Of a DNA stretch of 64,000 nt, positions 35,121-46,967 are shown piece by piece. Both the position numbers and the translations under genes were made by a program. The notes under the pieces were generated by a model that had not been told where the DNA came from, searched no databases, and saw nothing but the letters and a program-made list of their open reading frames with translations. Each line of letters starts with the position of its first letter. Position 1 is the stretch's first letter. Origin of the DNA: Mustelus asterias (Eukaryota); contig NW_027590190.1 in NCBI RefSeq assembly GCF_964213995.1, positions 248,001-312,000 of the forward strand. The letters run 5' to 3'.

Positions 35121-36585
35121 TCACACCAGCCCCAGAGCCAAGGAACCTCTCAGATAACAGAGCACAGCACTAAAAACTCTGAATTGTGGGTGAATGTTCA
35201 ATAATACTCACCTCTGGAACAATTTCACTCTTTTCAAATTTAAAACCTCCTCCTGGAGCCTGCAGCTGGAAAGATATCAGAAGTACTGGAGTCAGGGAAA
35301 AATAGCAGTCATCAAATCTTCCAACTCCCTGTAAAAGGAGGTTACAAGAGTCATTTGTCAACTGTGGTTAGAAATTATGAGATAAACATTTTCCTTGTTT
35401 GAGATTGCTGTGTAAATCCTCCCCTTGCAACTCCCTGCTAAAGGAGTTTCCAAAATCCATCAGTCAGTCCAAGATAGAAATTTGTAACATTCTCTCCTAT
35501 TTCCTTGTGTACAATTATTTAAGATCAATATGCTTACATTGGGAGCAGTTCAGACAAGATTCACTAAGCCGATTCCAGGCATAAATGTGTTTGTTTTATG
35601 AAGAAAGTTTGGGCAGGGTGCATCTGTACTCATTAACTTTTAGATAAATGAGAGATGAGCTTACTGAAGCATGTAAGATTATGTTGGTGCTTGACAAGAT
35701 AAGTCCTGAAAGAATGTTTCTCCAAAACGGGAAATCTAGAACTGCAGGCAATTTAAAAATAAGGCTCTAAGACAGAGATGAGGAGAAATTTCTTCTCTGA
35801 GGACCAATAGCCTGTGGAATTCTCTCCCGCAGTGAGCAGTCAAGGCTGGTTCATTGAGTATATTCAAGACTGCTTTCTACACCATTTTCACTCCCAGTCA
35901 TGGGTTAGGGAGGTTGGGGCTGGAGGAAAATACAATGATCAGATGAGACATGAGTTTACTGAATGGTCGAGCTGAATGTGTCAATGTGTACTGAATGTGT
36001 ACTGAATGTGTCAATGGCCTGCTCCTGCTCCTAATTCTGATGATCCTTTTCTTCTGTTATTCGGATGGCCACACATTCACCCTGCATAACCACCCCCTCT
36101 GAAGAGGGTGTACAGTAACCCAGCCCTGTTGGTCAACGAATCAAACATCTTCTCTCCTGGTCACCAGGACCCTGGAGCTCCACCCATTGCAGATGCCAGA
36201 ATCTGAAACAAAAAGAGAAAATGCTGGAAAATCTCAGCAGGTCTGACAGCATCTGTGGAGAGAATAGAGCCAACGTTTTGAGTCTGGATGTCCTTTCGTC
36301 AGAGCTAAGGACAAAGAAAATCAAAAAGAAATTGAGGGTGGGGGAGGGGGAGCTGTAAAACGACAAAAAGAATGTAAATTAGGGTAAAGATGACAGAGAG
36401 AAGTGCTAAAAGTGTCCATTAAGGGATCATAATGTGTGAATGGCAGAATAGAGGTACAGATGGTTCAGGCAGTTGGCTTGAACGGTGGGGTGGGGGTGGG
36501 GGAGGCAAGGAGAGTGGGATTGGAAAAGTGGAAAAATGAAAGAGAGAAAGAAGGATGATAAAAATGGATGAATGAGATGAAAAGA

Positions 36586-37135
36586 AGATGTGGAGATGCC
36601 GGCGTTGGACTGGGGTAAACACAGTAAGAAGTTTAACAACACCAGGTTAAAGTCCAACAGGTTTATTTGGTAGCAAAAGCCACACAAGCTTTCGAAGCTC
36701 TAAGCCCCTTCTTCAGGTGAGTGGGAATTCTGTTCACAAACAGAGTTTATAAAGACACAGACTCAATTTACATGAATAATGGTTGGAATGCGAATACTTA
36801 CAACTAATCAAGTCTTTAAGAAACAAAACAATGGGAGTGGAGAGAGCATCAAGACAGGCTAAAAAGATGTGTATTGTCTCCAGACAAGACAGCCAGTGAA
36901 ACTCTGCAGGTCCACGCAACTGTGGGCGTTACAAATAGTGTGACATGAACCCAATATCCCGGTTGAGGCCGTTCGCGTGTGTGCGGAACTTGGCTATCAG
37001 TTTCTGCTCAGCGACTCTGCGCTGTCGTCTGTCGCGAAGGCCGCCTTGGAGAACGCTTACCCGAATATCAGAGGCCGAATGCCTGTGACCGCTGAAGTGC
37101 TCCCCAACAGGAAGAGAACAGTCTTGCCTCGACAA
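36586..37135 (-). mobile_element. Penelope 3' fragment (end of GIY-YIG plus pLTR)
   Basis: ORF 36929..37135 matches the C-terminus of 38167..39609. Confidence 0.9.
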
Positions 37136-37139
37136 TCAC

Positions 37140-37316
37140 CAGGTGGTGGTGGAGGCAAACTCGTTGGGGTCTTTTAAGAGACTTCTGGATGAGTACATGG
37201 GATTTAATGGGATTGAGGGCTATAGATAGGCCTAGAGGTGGGGATGTGATCGGCGCAACTTGTGGGCCGAAGGGCCTGTTTGTGCTGTGGCTTTCTATGT
37301 TCTATGTTCTATGTTC
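37140..37316 (+). mobile_element. CR1 3' tail
   Basis: Similar to 51270-51437; (TTCTATG)n tail. Confidence 0.85.
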
Positions 37317-37814
37317 TTACTATGAAAAGAAGAAACAGGATTAAATAAAATAAATGGAAATGGGGTGATGGTGGAGGGGAGTGTTCATGCTCTGAAGTTG
37401 TTGAACTCAATGTTCAATCCAGAAGGCTTTAAAGTGCCCAATTGTTCCTCCAGTTTGCGTTGGGGTTCACCAGAATATTGCAAGGATGGACATGTGGACT
37501 AGAGCGTAGTGTGGTCTGTTGAAGTGGCAAATGACAGGAAGGTCTGGGTCCTGCTAGAAGGTGCAACACCTGCCCCTTTACCTCCTTTCTGCTCACCATC
37601 CAAGATCCTAAACACCCCTTTCAGGTGAAGCCGTGCCATCTTTATCCTAATTACATTCCCTTTGTCCCATTCCACCCCATAGTATAAATCTTTTCTGATT
37701 CTCTTTACCCTTAGCTCTGACAAAGGGTCATCCAGACTGGAAACATTGGCTCCATTCTGATTCTGTCCCCACAGAAGCTGTCAGACCTGTTGAGCTTTTC
37801 CAACATTGTCTGGT

Positions 37815-38140
37815 TTAGCTCCGCCCACTGACTGCGCATGCGCCCTGCTCCCCGCGGAACAAAGATGGCGACCGCGGCACAGGGCCTGATCCCGGATAAA
37901 ATCCCCGCAGCTGCAAACCCGAGACCCGTAGGGTCTGATTCCGACCTTGCGGCCTACAGCGGGTGTTTGTGAAGCCTCCGCTCCCTCCCCACCCCGGCTC
38001 TGCACCGCCCTCCGCCCCATCGACTCTCACCGCTGGAAAAACAGTCTCCCGCACTCGCAGGGCTCCGAGTAAAGTGACACTGCGCCTGCGCATTGGGCGC
38101 CTGTGGCGTAAATAGGGCACTTTCACACCCGCAGCGAATG
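37815..38140. promoter_or_regulatory. CpG island promoter module
   Basis: TGCGCATGCGC (NRF1), AAGATGGCG (YY1) and GC boxes; homologous to 53270-53365 and 45770-46000. Confidence 0.65.
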
Positions 38141-38173
38141 CTGGGTGATAACTGGGTGATAGCTGGGTGATAA

Positions 38174-39990
38174 CGACGGACTTCCTACAGAAACTCGGCA
38201 CACATGGAGCAGTTGAGCCAGGAGCGCTCCTCGTCACAATGGATGTCTCAGCACTCTACACCAGCATCCCCCATGACGATGGCATTGCTGCAACGGCCTC
38301 AGTGCTCAGCGCCAACAACTGCCAGTTTCCAGATGCAATTTTACATCTCATCCGCTTCATCCTGGACCACAATATCTTCACCTTCAACAACCAGTTCTTC
38401 ATCCAGACACACGGAACAGCCATGGGGACCAAATTTGCACCTCAATATGCCAACATCTTCATGCACAGGTTCGAACAAGACTTCTTCACCGCACGGGACC
38501 TTCAACCGGTGCTATACACTAGATACATCGATGACATTTTCTTCCTTTGGACTCATGGTGAACAATCACTGAAACAACTCTATGATGACATCAACAAGTT
38601 CCATCCCACCATCAGGCTCACCATAGACTACTCTCCGGAATCGGTTGCATTCTTGGACACGCGCATCTCCATTAAGGACGGTCACCTCAGCACCTCACTG
38701 TACCGCAAGCCCACGGATAACCTCACGATGCTCCACTTCTCCAGCTTCCACCCTAAACACGTTAAAGAAGCCATCCCCTACGGACAAGCCCTCCGTATAC
38801 ACAGGATCTGCTCGGATGAGGAGGATCGCAACAGACACCTCCAGACGCTGAAAGATGCCCTCATAAGAACAGGATATGGCGCTAGACTCATTGATCAACA
38901 GTTCCAACGCGCCACAGCGAAAAACCGCACCGACCTCCTCAGAAGACAAACACGGGACACAGTGGACAGAGTACCCTTCGTTGTCCAGTACTTCCCCGGA
39001 GCGGAGAAGCTACGGCATCTCCTCCGGAGCCTTCAACATGTCATTGATGAAGACGAACATCTCGCCAAGGCCATCCCCACACCCCCACTTCTTGCCTTCA
39101 AACAACCGCACAACCTCAAACAGACCATTGTCCGCAGCAAACTACCCAGCCTTCAGGAGAACAGTGACCAAGACACCACACAACCCTGCCACAGCAACCT
39201 CTGCAAGACGTGCCGGATCATCGACACAGATGCCATCATCTCACGTGAGAACACCATCCACCAGGTACACGGTACATACTCTTGCAACTCGGCCAACGTT
39301 GTCTACCTGATACGCTGCAAGAAAGGATGTCCCGAGGCATGGTACATTGGGGAAACTATGCAGACGCTGCGACAACGGATGAATGAACACCGCTCGACAA
39401 TCACCAGGCAAGACTGTTCTCTTCCTGTTGGGGAGCACTTCAGCGGTCACGGGCATTCGGCCTCTGATATTCGGGTAAGCGTTCTCCAAGGCGGCCTTCG
39501 CGACACACGACAGCGCAGAGTCGCGGAGCAGAAACTGATAGCCAGGTTCCGCACACACAAGGACGGCCTCAACCGGGATATTGGGTTTATGTCACACTAT
39601 TTCACATAAATATTTCTGCTTTTTTCCTCCTGAGTCTTTATCATGCGATCCTAGAATCAGAATTTATGTCACACTATTTGTAACTCCCACAGTTGCGTGG
39701 ACCTGCAGAGTTTCACTGGCTGTCTTGTCTGGAGACAATACACATCTTTTTAGCCTGTCTTGATGCTCTCTCCACTCCCATTGTTTTGTTTCTTAAAGAC
39801 TGGATTAGTTGTAAGTATTCGCATTCCAACCATTATTCATGTAAATTGAGTCTGTGTCTTATAAGTTCTGTTTGTGAACAGAATTCCCACTCACCTGAAG
39901 AAGGGGCTCAGAGCCTCGAAAGCTTGTGTGGCTTTTGCTACCAAATAAACCTGTTGGACTTTAACCTGGTGTTGTTAAACTTCTTACTGT
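38174..39990 (+). mobile_element. 5'-truncated Penelope-like element (Neptune-like) with an open RT + GIY-YIG frame (38167..39609)
   Basis: MDVSALYTSIP, GTAMG and RYIDDIF RT motifs; Cys linker CHSNLCKTC; NVVYLIRC...WYIGET...RMNEH; pLTR with AATAAA. Confidence 0.95.
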
Positions 39991-40159
39991 GATAACTGCA
40001 CCATTGAATTCTCAAACAGTTAATACAAAATAAAATTGTTAACATTTGAGATAACAAAATATTGTGAATTGGTGATTTGCTGTGCTCTATTTCTGGAAGA
40101 TCTGCTGTGGATCACACAGAGGTATCAAAGTTTTTACACCGTTTCCCCTCTCACTCATT

Positions 40160-40755
40160 GAGTCATAGAGGTTTACAGCATGGAAACAGGCCCTTCGGTC
40201 CAACTTATCCATGCCGCCCTTTTTTTAAACCCCTAAACTAATCCCAATTGCCCGCATTTGGCCCAGATCCCTCTATACCCATCGTACCCATGTAACTAAA
40301 TGCTTTTTAAAAGACAAAATTGTACCCACCTCTACGACTACCTCTGGCAGCTTGTTCCACACACTCACCACCCTGTGTGTGAAAAAAATGCCCCTCTGGA
40401 CACTTTTGTATCTCTCCCCTCTCACCTTAAACCTAAGCTCTCTAGTTTTAGACTCCCCTACCTTTGGGAAAAGATATTGATTATCGAGCTGATCTGCGCC
40501 CTTGATTATTTTATAGACCTCTATAAGATCACCCCTCAGCCTCCTACACTCCAGAGAAAAAAGTCCCAGTCTATCCAGCCTCTCCTTATAACTCAATCCA
40601 TCAAGTCCCGGTAGCATCCTAGTAAATCTTTTCTGCACTCTTTCTAGTTTAATAATATCCTTTCTATAATAGGGTGACTAGAATTGCACACAGTATTCCA
40701 AGTGTGGCCTTACCAATGTCTTGTACAACTTCAACAGGACGTTCCAACTCCTGTA
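40160..40755 (-). mobile_element. CR1 3' fragment
   Basis: ORF 40273..40638 (RRLRGDLIEVYKI). Confidence 0.9.
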
Positions 40756-40949
40756 TCCAAACTCCTCTGTTGATGGTGCTGATTCTGGCTGGGTTCAATC
40801 GCACAGTCACTGGTTCCTCTCTCTGTCCCCGATACTGAATATTCACTCTTCTATATAATGATACAACACAAATAGAAACCATTTGGCCCATTATGTCTGT
40901 GTTGGCTCTCTGGAAGATCTATCCAATTAATTCCACCCCTGCTGGCAGA

Positions 40950-42470
40950 GTCAGAACAATGCATATCTGCTGCAGTAATCTGCGACCTTAATGGAAAAAG
41001 TTTTCCAGTCGGATAGTTCTCAGACACAATTGCCCCTGTGGAAAGATTGATTATCCAATTCATTGAGCAGATATAAAGTGCCCATTAAGCACACAAAGTG
41101 CCTGCCAGAGATTAATTATATATTTCTGCAGACCCCCATATACTGTAGTGATATTATCCTAAAGGGACAAGGGAGTATTCCAGTGTGTTAAGAGTAATTG
41201 ATTGATGGAATTACAAAGAAAAAGAATTCATGTCCTGAATCTTCAGAATTATTACTTGGCTGGGATGTTTCAGTATGAAAGAATCCCACATATTAGTCAG
41301 GCAAAGAGATCATGTCCAATGGACCTGTTAACTACAAATCACTGTTAGATTGCACTGGGGTTTATGTGATCTGGTTTATGAACAAGGTCCGTATCAGACT
41401 GGAGCTGTGTCTTTGATTCTCCACAACAGTTGTCATATCCTCACTAAATATCCACCACAACCACAACAGTTAGCCCAGAAATCTGAATTTCTTGTGATCA
41501 CAGCCTTCAAACTGTTACTGATACAATCACCAAATATTCTGAAAGCTCCTTTGGTTGTAATTCCCTCACAGAAAACCTACCCCTTTGGGGGAGAAAACAT
41601 GGCTTCTCCACAGCAGAAAGGAAACCACTCCTCACCACTCCAAACTGAAAGATTGGGGATGTTGCTGGTAAGTGTCCAGGACAAATTGCTATTTGTGAGG
41701 TGAAGGTAGATCAGCAGCAAGAGTTAGTGAAGGGAGTGATGGTAATAACCAGGCAAACTGAATCACCAGGAAAGCTGCTCTAGAGGAGATTCCATGGGAT
41801 CCACTCAAAACACAATCGTTGGGACTTGTACGACAGACTCCAGGTAAATGTCTTTTAAAAACTTATCAGGACGCTGACCCAAATGTGACTGTGGGCAAAG
41901 AGGGTGGGCACCATAGAAAAAACTTCCCCTCATCACTCACAGCAAGTAAGGACTCACTCATCTGACATAGAGTTTTTAAAAAATCACAAGCATGGTTTGA
42001 ATTTGACTTTAGTCACACCTTAGAAAGGTAGTATAAGATCAAAGCAAGGCATATTTCTTGTTTTTTGACTCCTCAATATTATACAAGATGATCATACTAT
42101 CAGCAGCTGAGGATGCATCAGAATGTCCATCAGCACCTGAAGCTGTGCCTCATCTGTATCTAAACTAATCAGATCCTGCAAAATGCATTGTCCTAATGAA
42201 CACATCCCATATTATTGATCTTCCCTGGGAAACACTGCAGCTTGATTATACCGGCTCACTCTCCACACTAAAAGGAGGAGACTGGTATATCCTGCTAATT
42301 ACAGGTATATTTAGCTGGTGGGTTGAAGCTTTCCCTGTTTGTAAAAATGATGCAGACACTACAGCTAAAATCCTGTGGGAACAGATCTTTACCAGATGAG
42401 GTTTCCTGAAATGGATGGAGAGTGATAATGGTTCCTCAGCAGAAATAATGTAAAAGTTCTGTAGTCTTTG
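40950..42470 (+). mobile_element. Decayed retroviral/LTR-element pol (RNase H and integrase)
   Basis: GNNQAN near 41740; PWETLQLDYTG...FSWWVEAFP...TTAKIL...IFTR*GF...ESDNG. Confidence 0.8.
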
Positions 42471-42618
42471 GAAAAGAAAAAATCCAGAAAAATATATATA
42501 TTTTTAAAAGTTGATGAATTTCATATTTATCCAGAAGTAAAGCCCAGTCAAGATAGGATGGTTATTATTGTCAGAAGCAAAACCTGACTCGCAGAATGAA
42601 CATTGTTCAGTCCAACTG

Positions 42619-42925
42619 GGTGGCCCTGTGGCACAGTGGTTAACACTGCTGGCTCATAGTGTCAAGGACTCAGGTTCGATCCACAGCTTTTGTCACTGTC
42701 TTTGTGGAGTCTGCACGTTCTCCCCATGTCTGTGTGGGTTTCCTCTGGATGCTCTGGTTTCCTCCCACAGTCCAAAAGACATACTGGTCAGGTACATTGG
42801 CCATACTAAATTCTCCCTCAGTGTACCCGAACAAGCGCCAGAGTGTGGTGACTAGGGGATTTTCACAGTATCTTTATTGCAGTGTTAAGGCTACTTGTGA
42901 CACTAATAAATAAACTTCAAACTTT
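42619..42925 (+). mobile_element. V-SINE with the alternative tail
   Basis: Same structure as 30718-31010; ends AATAAATAAACTT. Confidence 0.75.
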
Positions 42926-42929
42926 TTTT

Positions 42930-43605
42930 AAAAACAGCAGTAATGACAGCAGAAGCCAACCTCTGCAGTCACTTGTGAACTCACTGGTGTCTAACCAGGT
43001 TCATAGAAATCCGACAGTACAGAAAGAGACCATTCGGCCCATCGAGTCTACACCGACCACAATCCCACCCAGGCCCACCCCCATATCCCTACATATTTAC
43101 CCGCTAATCCCTCTAACCTACCTATCTCAAGACACTAAGGGGCAATTTTAGCATGGCCCATCAACCTAACCCGCACATCTTTGGACTGTGGGAGGAAACC
43201 GGAGGAAACCGACGCAAACACGAGGAGAATGTGCAGACTCCACACAGACAGCGACCCAAGCCGGGAATCGAACCCAGGTACCTGGAGCTATGAAGCAGCA
43301 GTGCTAACCACTGTGCTACCGTGCCACCCAGGTTGGATGACTGAATGAAGCCTATCCCACACCCAAAGCTGATAAAAACTACTCCCCTCTGTGGACTAAT
43401 TGGTGTCTCAACAGGTTGGAAGAAAGGGAAAGTCCTTTTGCATCCATGGATCAGGTGAATGATATCTCCCTCATGTGAATGAGTTGGTGATGCGCATTTC
43501 ATGTCTGCTTTTAAAGGTTTTCACACATTGGGAACATGTAAACACTCCTTTCAGTGTGAGCAAGGTAAGGGTCAATGAGACACGGTGACTGAGCAAATCC
43601 CTTCC
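42930..43605 (-). pseudogene. Decayed ZNF remnant with an HE1-like SINE (43003-43329, minus) inserted
   Basis: Finger remnants on both sides; CCAGGTT duplicated around the SINE. Confidence 0.65.
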
Positions 43606-43716
43606 AGCACAAATGTTCGGGTTTGGAATGCACTGCCCAGATTGGGTGGAAGCAAGTTCAACTGAGGCACTCAGGAGGGACTTAGACTGTTATCAGAAAA
43701 GGAAGAATGTGCAGGG

Positions 43717-43785
43717 TTTGATTTGATTTGATTTATTGTCACATGTATTCATAGACAGTGAAAAGTATTGTTTCTTGCGTGCTGT
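43717..43785 (-). mobile_element. Rex1-like LINE 3' tail
   Basis: Reverse complement of 14143-14207, ending (TCAAA)n. Confidence 0.65.
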
Positions 43786-43788
43786 GAA

Positions 43789-44469
43789 GGAAGGGATTCA
43801 GTCAGTTGTGCAGCTTGCGGACGCACCAGCGAGTTCACACTGGGGAGAGGCCGTTCACCTGCTCTCAGTGTGGGAAGGGATTCAGAGCTTCATCCAGCCT
43901 GCGGACACAACAGCGAGTTCACACTGGGGAGAGACCATTCACCGGCTCTCAGTGTGGGAAGGGATTCACTCGGTCATCTAGCCTGCGGATACACCAGCGA
44001 GTTCACACTGGGGAGAGACCATTCACCTGCTCTCAGTGTGGGAAGGGATTCACTCGGTCCTCCCACCTGTGGAGACACCAGCGAGTTCACACTGGGGAGA
44101 GGCCGTTCACCTGCTCTCAGTGTGGGAAGGGATTCACTCGGTCCTCCCACCTGTGGAGACACCAGCGAGTTCACACCGGGGAGAGGCCCTTCAGTTGCTC
44201 TCAGTGTGGGGAGGGATTCAGAGCTTCATCCAGCCTGCGGACACACCAGCGAGTTCACACTGGAGAGAGACCATTCACCTGCTCTCAGTGTGGAAAGGGA
44301 TTCACTCGGTCATCTAGCCTGCGGATACACCAGCGAGTTCACACTGGGGAGAGACCATTCACCTGCTCTCAGTGTGGGAAGGGATTCACTCAGTCATCGC
44401 ACCTGCGGAGGCACCAGCAAGTTCACACTGGGGAGAGGCCATTCACCTACTCTGTGTGGGAAGCGGTTC
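43789..44469 (+). pseudogene. Orphan internal ZNF array fragment closely related to gene 5
   Basis: About 8 finger units; no start, acceptor or 3' UTR module; shares the ACCTACTCTGTGTGGGAAGCGGTTC frameshift lesion. Confidence 0.85.
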
Positions 44470-44688
44470 TGTCCTGTGGACAGACTACTCAGGAAATGGA
44501 ATAGGTTGTTCAGCCCTTCAAGTCTGCTCTGTTATTCAATTAGACCCTGGTTGATCCATTAGTCCATCTGATCTTGAACAAATACCTGAATTGTTAACTC
44601 AAGCTGGTTACAGCAATTATTAACAGCAGCAGAAACACACCATAGCTATCAGAATGCACATGGGTCAGTGCAGGATGTGATTACCTGT

Positions 44689-45195
44689 TCAATAACTGGG
44701 GAATCTGCCTCCAGAAGACTTGTGAACTCGCTGGTGTCTCATTAGGTTTTGTGACTGAGTGAATCTGTTCCCACATATGGAGCAGGTGAACGGCCTCTCC
44801 CCGGTGTGAACTCGCTGGTGTATCAGGAGATCAGATGAGTTAGTGAATCCCTTCCCACACACGGAGCAGGTGAAAGGCCTTTCCCCAGTGTGAGCACGCT
44901 TGTGTTTCAGCAGGTGAGATGAACTGCTGAATCCCTTCATACACACAGAGCAGGTGAATGGCCGCTCCCCAGTGTGAAGTCGCTGATGAGTGCGAAGGTT
45001 GAACATTCGACTAAAACTCTTCCCACACACGGTGCAGATGAACAGACTCTTCCCAGTGTGGCTGCGCTGATGTGCTTCCAGCTGGGATGGAGAACTGAAT
45101 TCCTTCCCACAGTCCCCACATTCCCATGGGTTCTCTATGGTGTAGATGTCCTCGTGTTTCTCCAGGTTGGATGATTTAATGTGTGTATATTTCAA
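44689..45195 (-). CDS. C2H2 zinc-finger gene 7, 5 fingers; start codon uncertain
   Basis: Open frame from the acceptor TTTTACAG near 45201; the usual ATG position reads ATA. Confidence 0.65.
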   Translation of the reverse strand: MKYTHIKSSNLEKHEDIYTIENPWECGDCGKEFSSPSQLEAHQRSHTGKSLFICTVCGKSFSRMFNLRTHQRLHTGERPFTCSVCMKGFSSSSHLLKHKRAHTGERPFTCSVCGKGFTNSSDLLIHQRVHTGERPFTCSICGNRFTQSQNLMRHQRVHKSSGGRFPSY

Positions 45196-45749
45196 ATATC
45201 CTGTAAAAGGAGTTTAGAAACATCATCACTGTCAGTACGGGATCGAAATTCAGAACAGACATTTCTACTTTCTGTGGAACATAGTTTCCTCACTTGATCC
45301 TGTAAAGCAGTAAATCCTCATCCTGAACACTTTCCCACCTCCCTGTCCTGCAACCAACTCCCACATTGAACAACCATCTCATATTTCAATGATTGTCCCG
45401 TGTTTGAGTCCAGTGTGCCAGGCTGCATGGCGTATGGGTACTGTTTCACCCATAAGATGGATCTGTGCAGCACCCTCTTCCAACTGTTCTGGCTGCCAAC
45501 CAGCCCATGCCCACCCTCGCAGTTCCAGCAGCACCGCACACAATACTGCTCACCTGCTCTAACAGACTCATGAAGGATGTCCTTTCATTTTCTCTGAGAG
45601 AGTTGGTCAGCCTGGCAAACCCAGTGTGAAATATCTTCACAAATCTTTTCTCCCACTCTCTATTCTGGCTGGGTTCAGTTCTTTTGTACAGAGTCAAAAT
45701 AAAATCAATCAATTATTTTCTCTCCTGGTCACTGCAGGGAGCTGCAGCT

Positions 45750-46620
45750 TTTTACTGGGGGTGTTGGGGCCTCCAGCGGGTGTTTGTGAATCCTCCCCGC
45801 CCACCTCCCAGGGTTTCCTTCCTTCCCAGAGATCAGAGTCCTCATTGATTTGAGGACAAAGTGTAACCTCTTATTTATTGTCCCCCTCCCCCATCCTCTG
45901 ATGTGAACCATCCTCCAGTGGCTGAGCCAGGATGGGGCCGTTAACCTGGGCCTGTTCACGGGAGGGAGGGAGGGAAGGAGAAGCCCCGCAGCTGCAAACC
46001 AGGGAGCTGACAATGATTCTGAAGGGTTTGCGGATCCACAAAGTGTTTCCAAATCCTCGCAGCCACCGCCTAACGCTGACTCCGCTTCTCCGGGACAAAG
46101 GACTCTCGCTCCCGAGGCGAACAAAGGAATTGCGCATGCTCCACATTCAAACCGAGTGTCCGGCCTCATCAGCCGGAGCGGACTGCGCATGTGCCAGATC
46201 ACAATGCCCCGGGGAGGGTGATTGACTGCAGCTCTGGACCAATAGGAGGAGGGGGGCGGGTCTGAAGGACCGCGGGGGGCTGGTCCTCCGACCAATCAAC
46301 ATGAAAGAGGGGCTCCGACTGAAGCATTGCGGGCAATGGCGACGGCGAATACTTCTTACCTCGGATCCGTAATTTGTAATCGGAAAATCGCCGACCGGTA
46401 GGTACGATGGAACCGGCGAGTGGACGGGAAGGCTTCGTAAACAGATTGTGCGGATCTGTAAACTGCCCCCAAAATTCTCCGGTTACCCCATTTGCATCGA
46501 GCGGGTCAAAGATCCCTGAGATCGGCCCACGCATTAACGACCTCCATCTTTATTGGGGGCAATATGCGGCAGTGCGCATGGGTGATCGCCATCTTTGTAG
46601 GGGGCAATATTGTCAATGAG
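45750..46620. promoter_or_regulatory. CpG island promoter and first-exon region of gene 7
   Basis: Inverted homolog of 10340-10800; NRF1-like, YY1-like and CCAAT motifs; minus-strand donor GAG|GTAAGA near 46360. Confidence 0.65.
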
Positions 46621-46670
46621 TGGGAGGGGCTTGTTCTCCATTGTTCAGAATACCGGAACACCAAACCCAG

Positions 46671-46760
46671 GGACCACTTACACTGAGACATCAAATCCAG
46701 GGACCACTTACACCGAGATACCAAATCCATGAGATCATTTACACTGAGACACCAAATTTA
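46671..46760. repeat. 30-bp minisatellite, about 3 units
   Basis: GGACCACTTACACYGAGAYAYCAAATCCA repeated without spacers. Confidence 0.8.
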
Positions 46761-46967
46761 AGCAATAATAAAAGGACATCTAAGCAAGCAGCCAATGCCA
46801 CAATAAAATAAAGCTGCTTACAAACTGCGGAGAACATGTTTTTAAAAAATACATTTCTTAAAGGCACATTAGCGTCACTTTCTTGGAAACATAAAAGGTG
46901 CAATCTTCCCCAACAAAAATTCTATTTGTCAAAAGAGTCTGACGAGTTTGACTGCAATCTTCCCAAA

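Larger units (their letters stand above)
36190..37815. mobile_element. Penelope-type element with inverted termini (36190-36310 and 37708-37815) and nested inserts
   Basis: Inverted arms with a CTGAC(G/A)A...(G/A)AAAC motif; internal RCNTCPFTS piece near 37560 and NIEFNNFRA stop (minus) near 37385-37415. Confidence 0.7.

Noticed and set aside
45318-45712. Short minus-strand ORFs in the putative intron of gene 7
   Set aside because: No recognisable domain; possibly an old transposon fragment but not assignable
46348-46362. U1 snRNA 5' end (ATACTT...ACCT)
   Set aside because: The match is imperfect and nothing downstream resembles U1; better explained as a minus-strand splice donor
46671-46760. 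CRISPR-like 30-bp repeats
   Set aside because: The units are contiguous with no spacers, and the context is eukaryotic; this is a minisatellite
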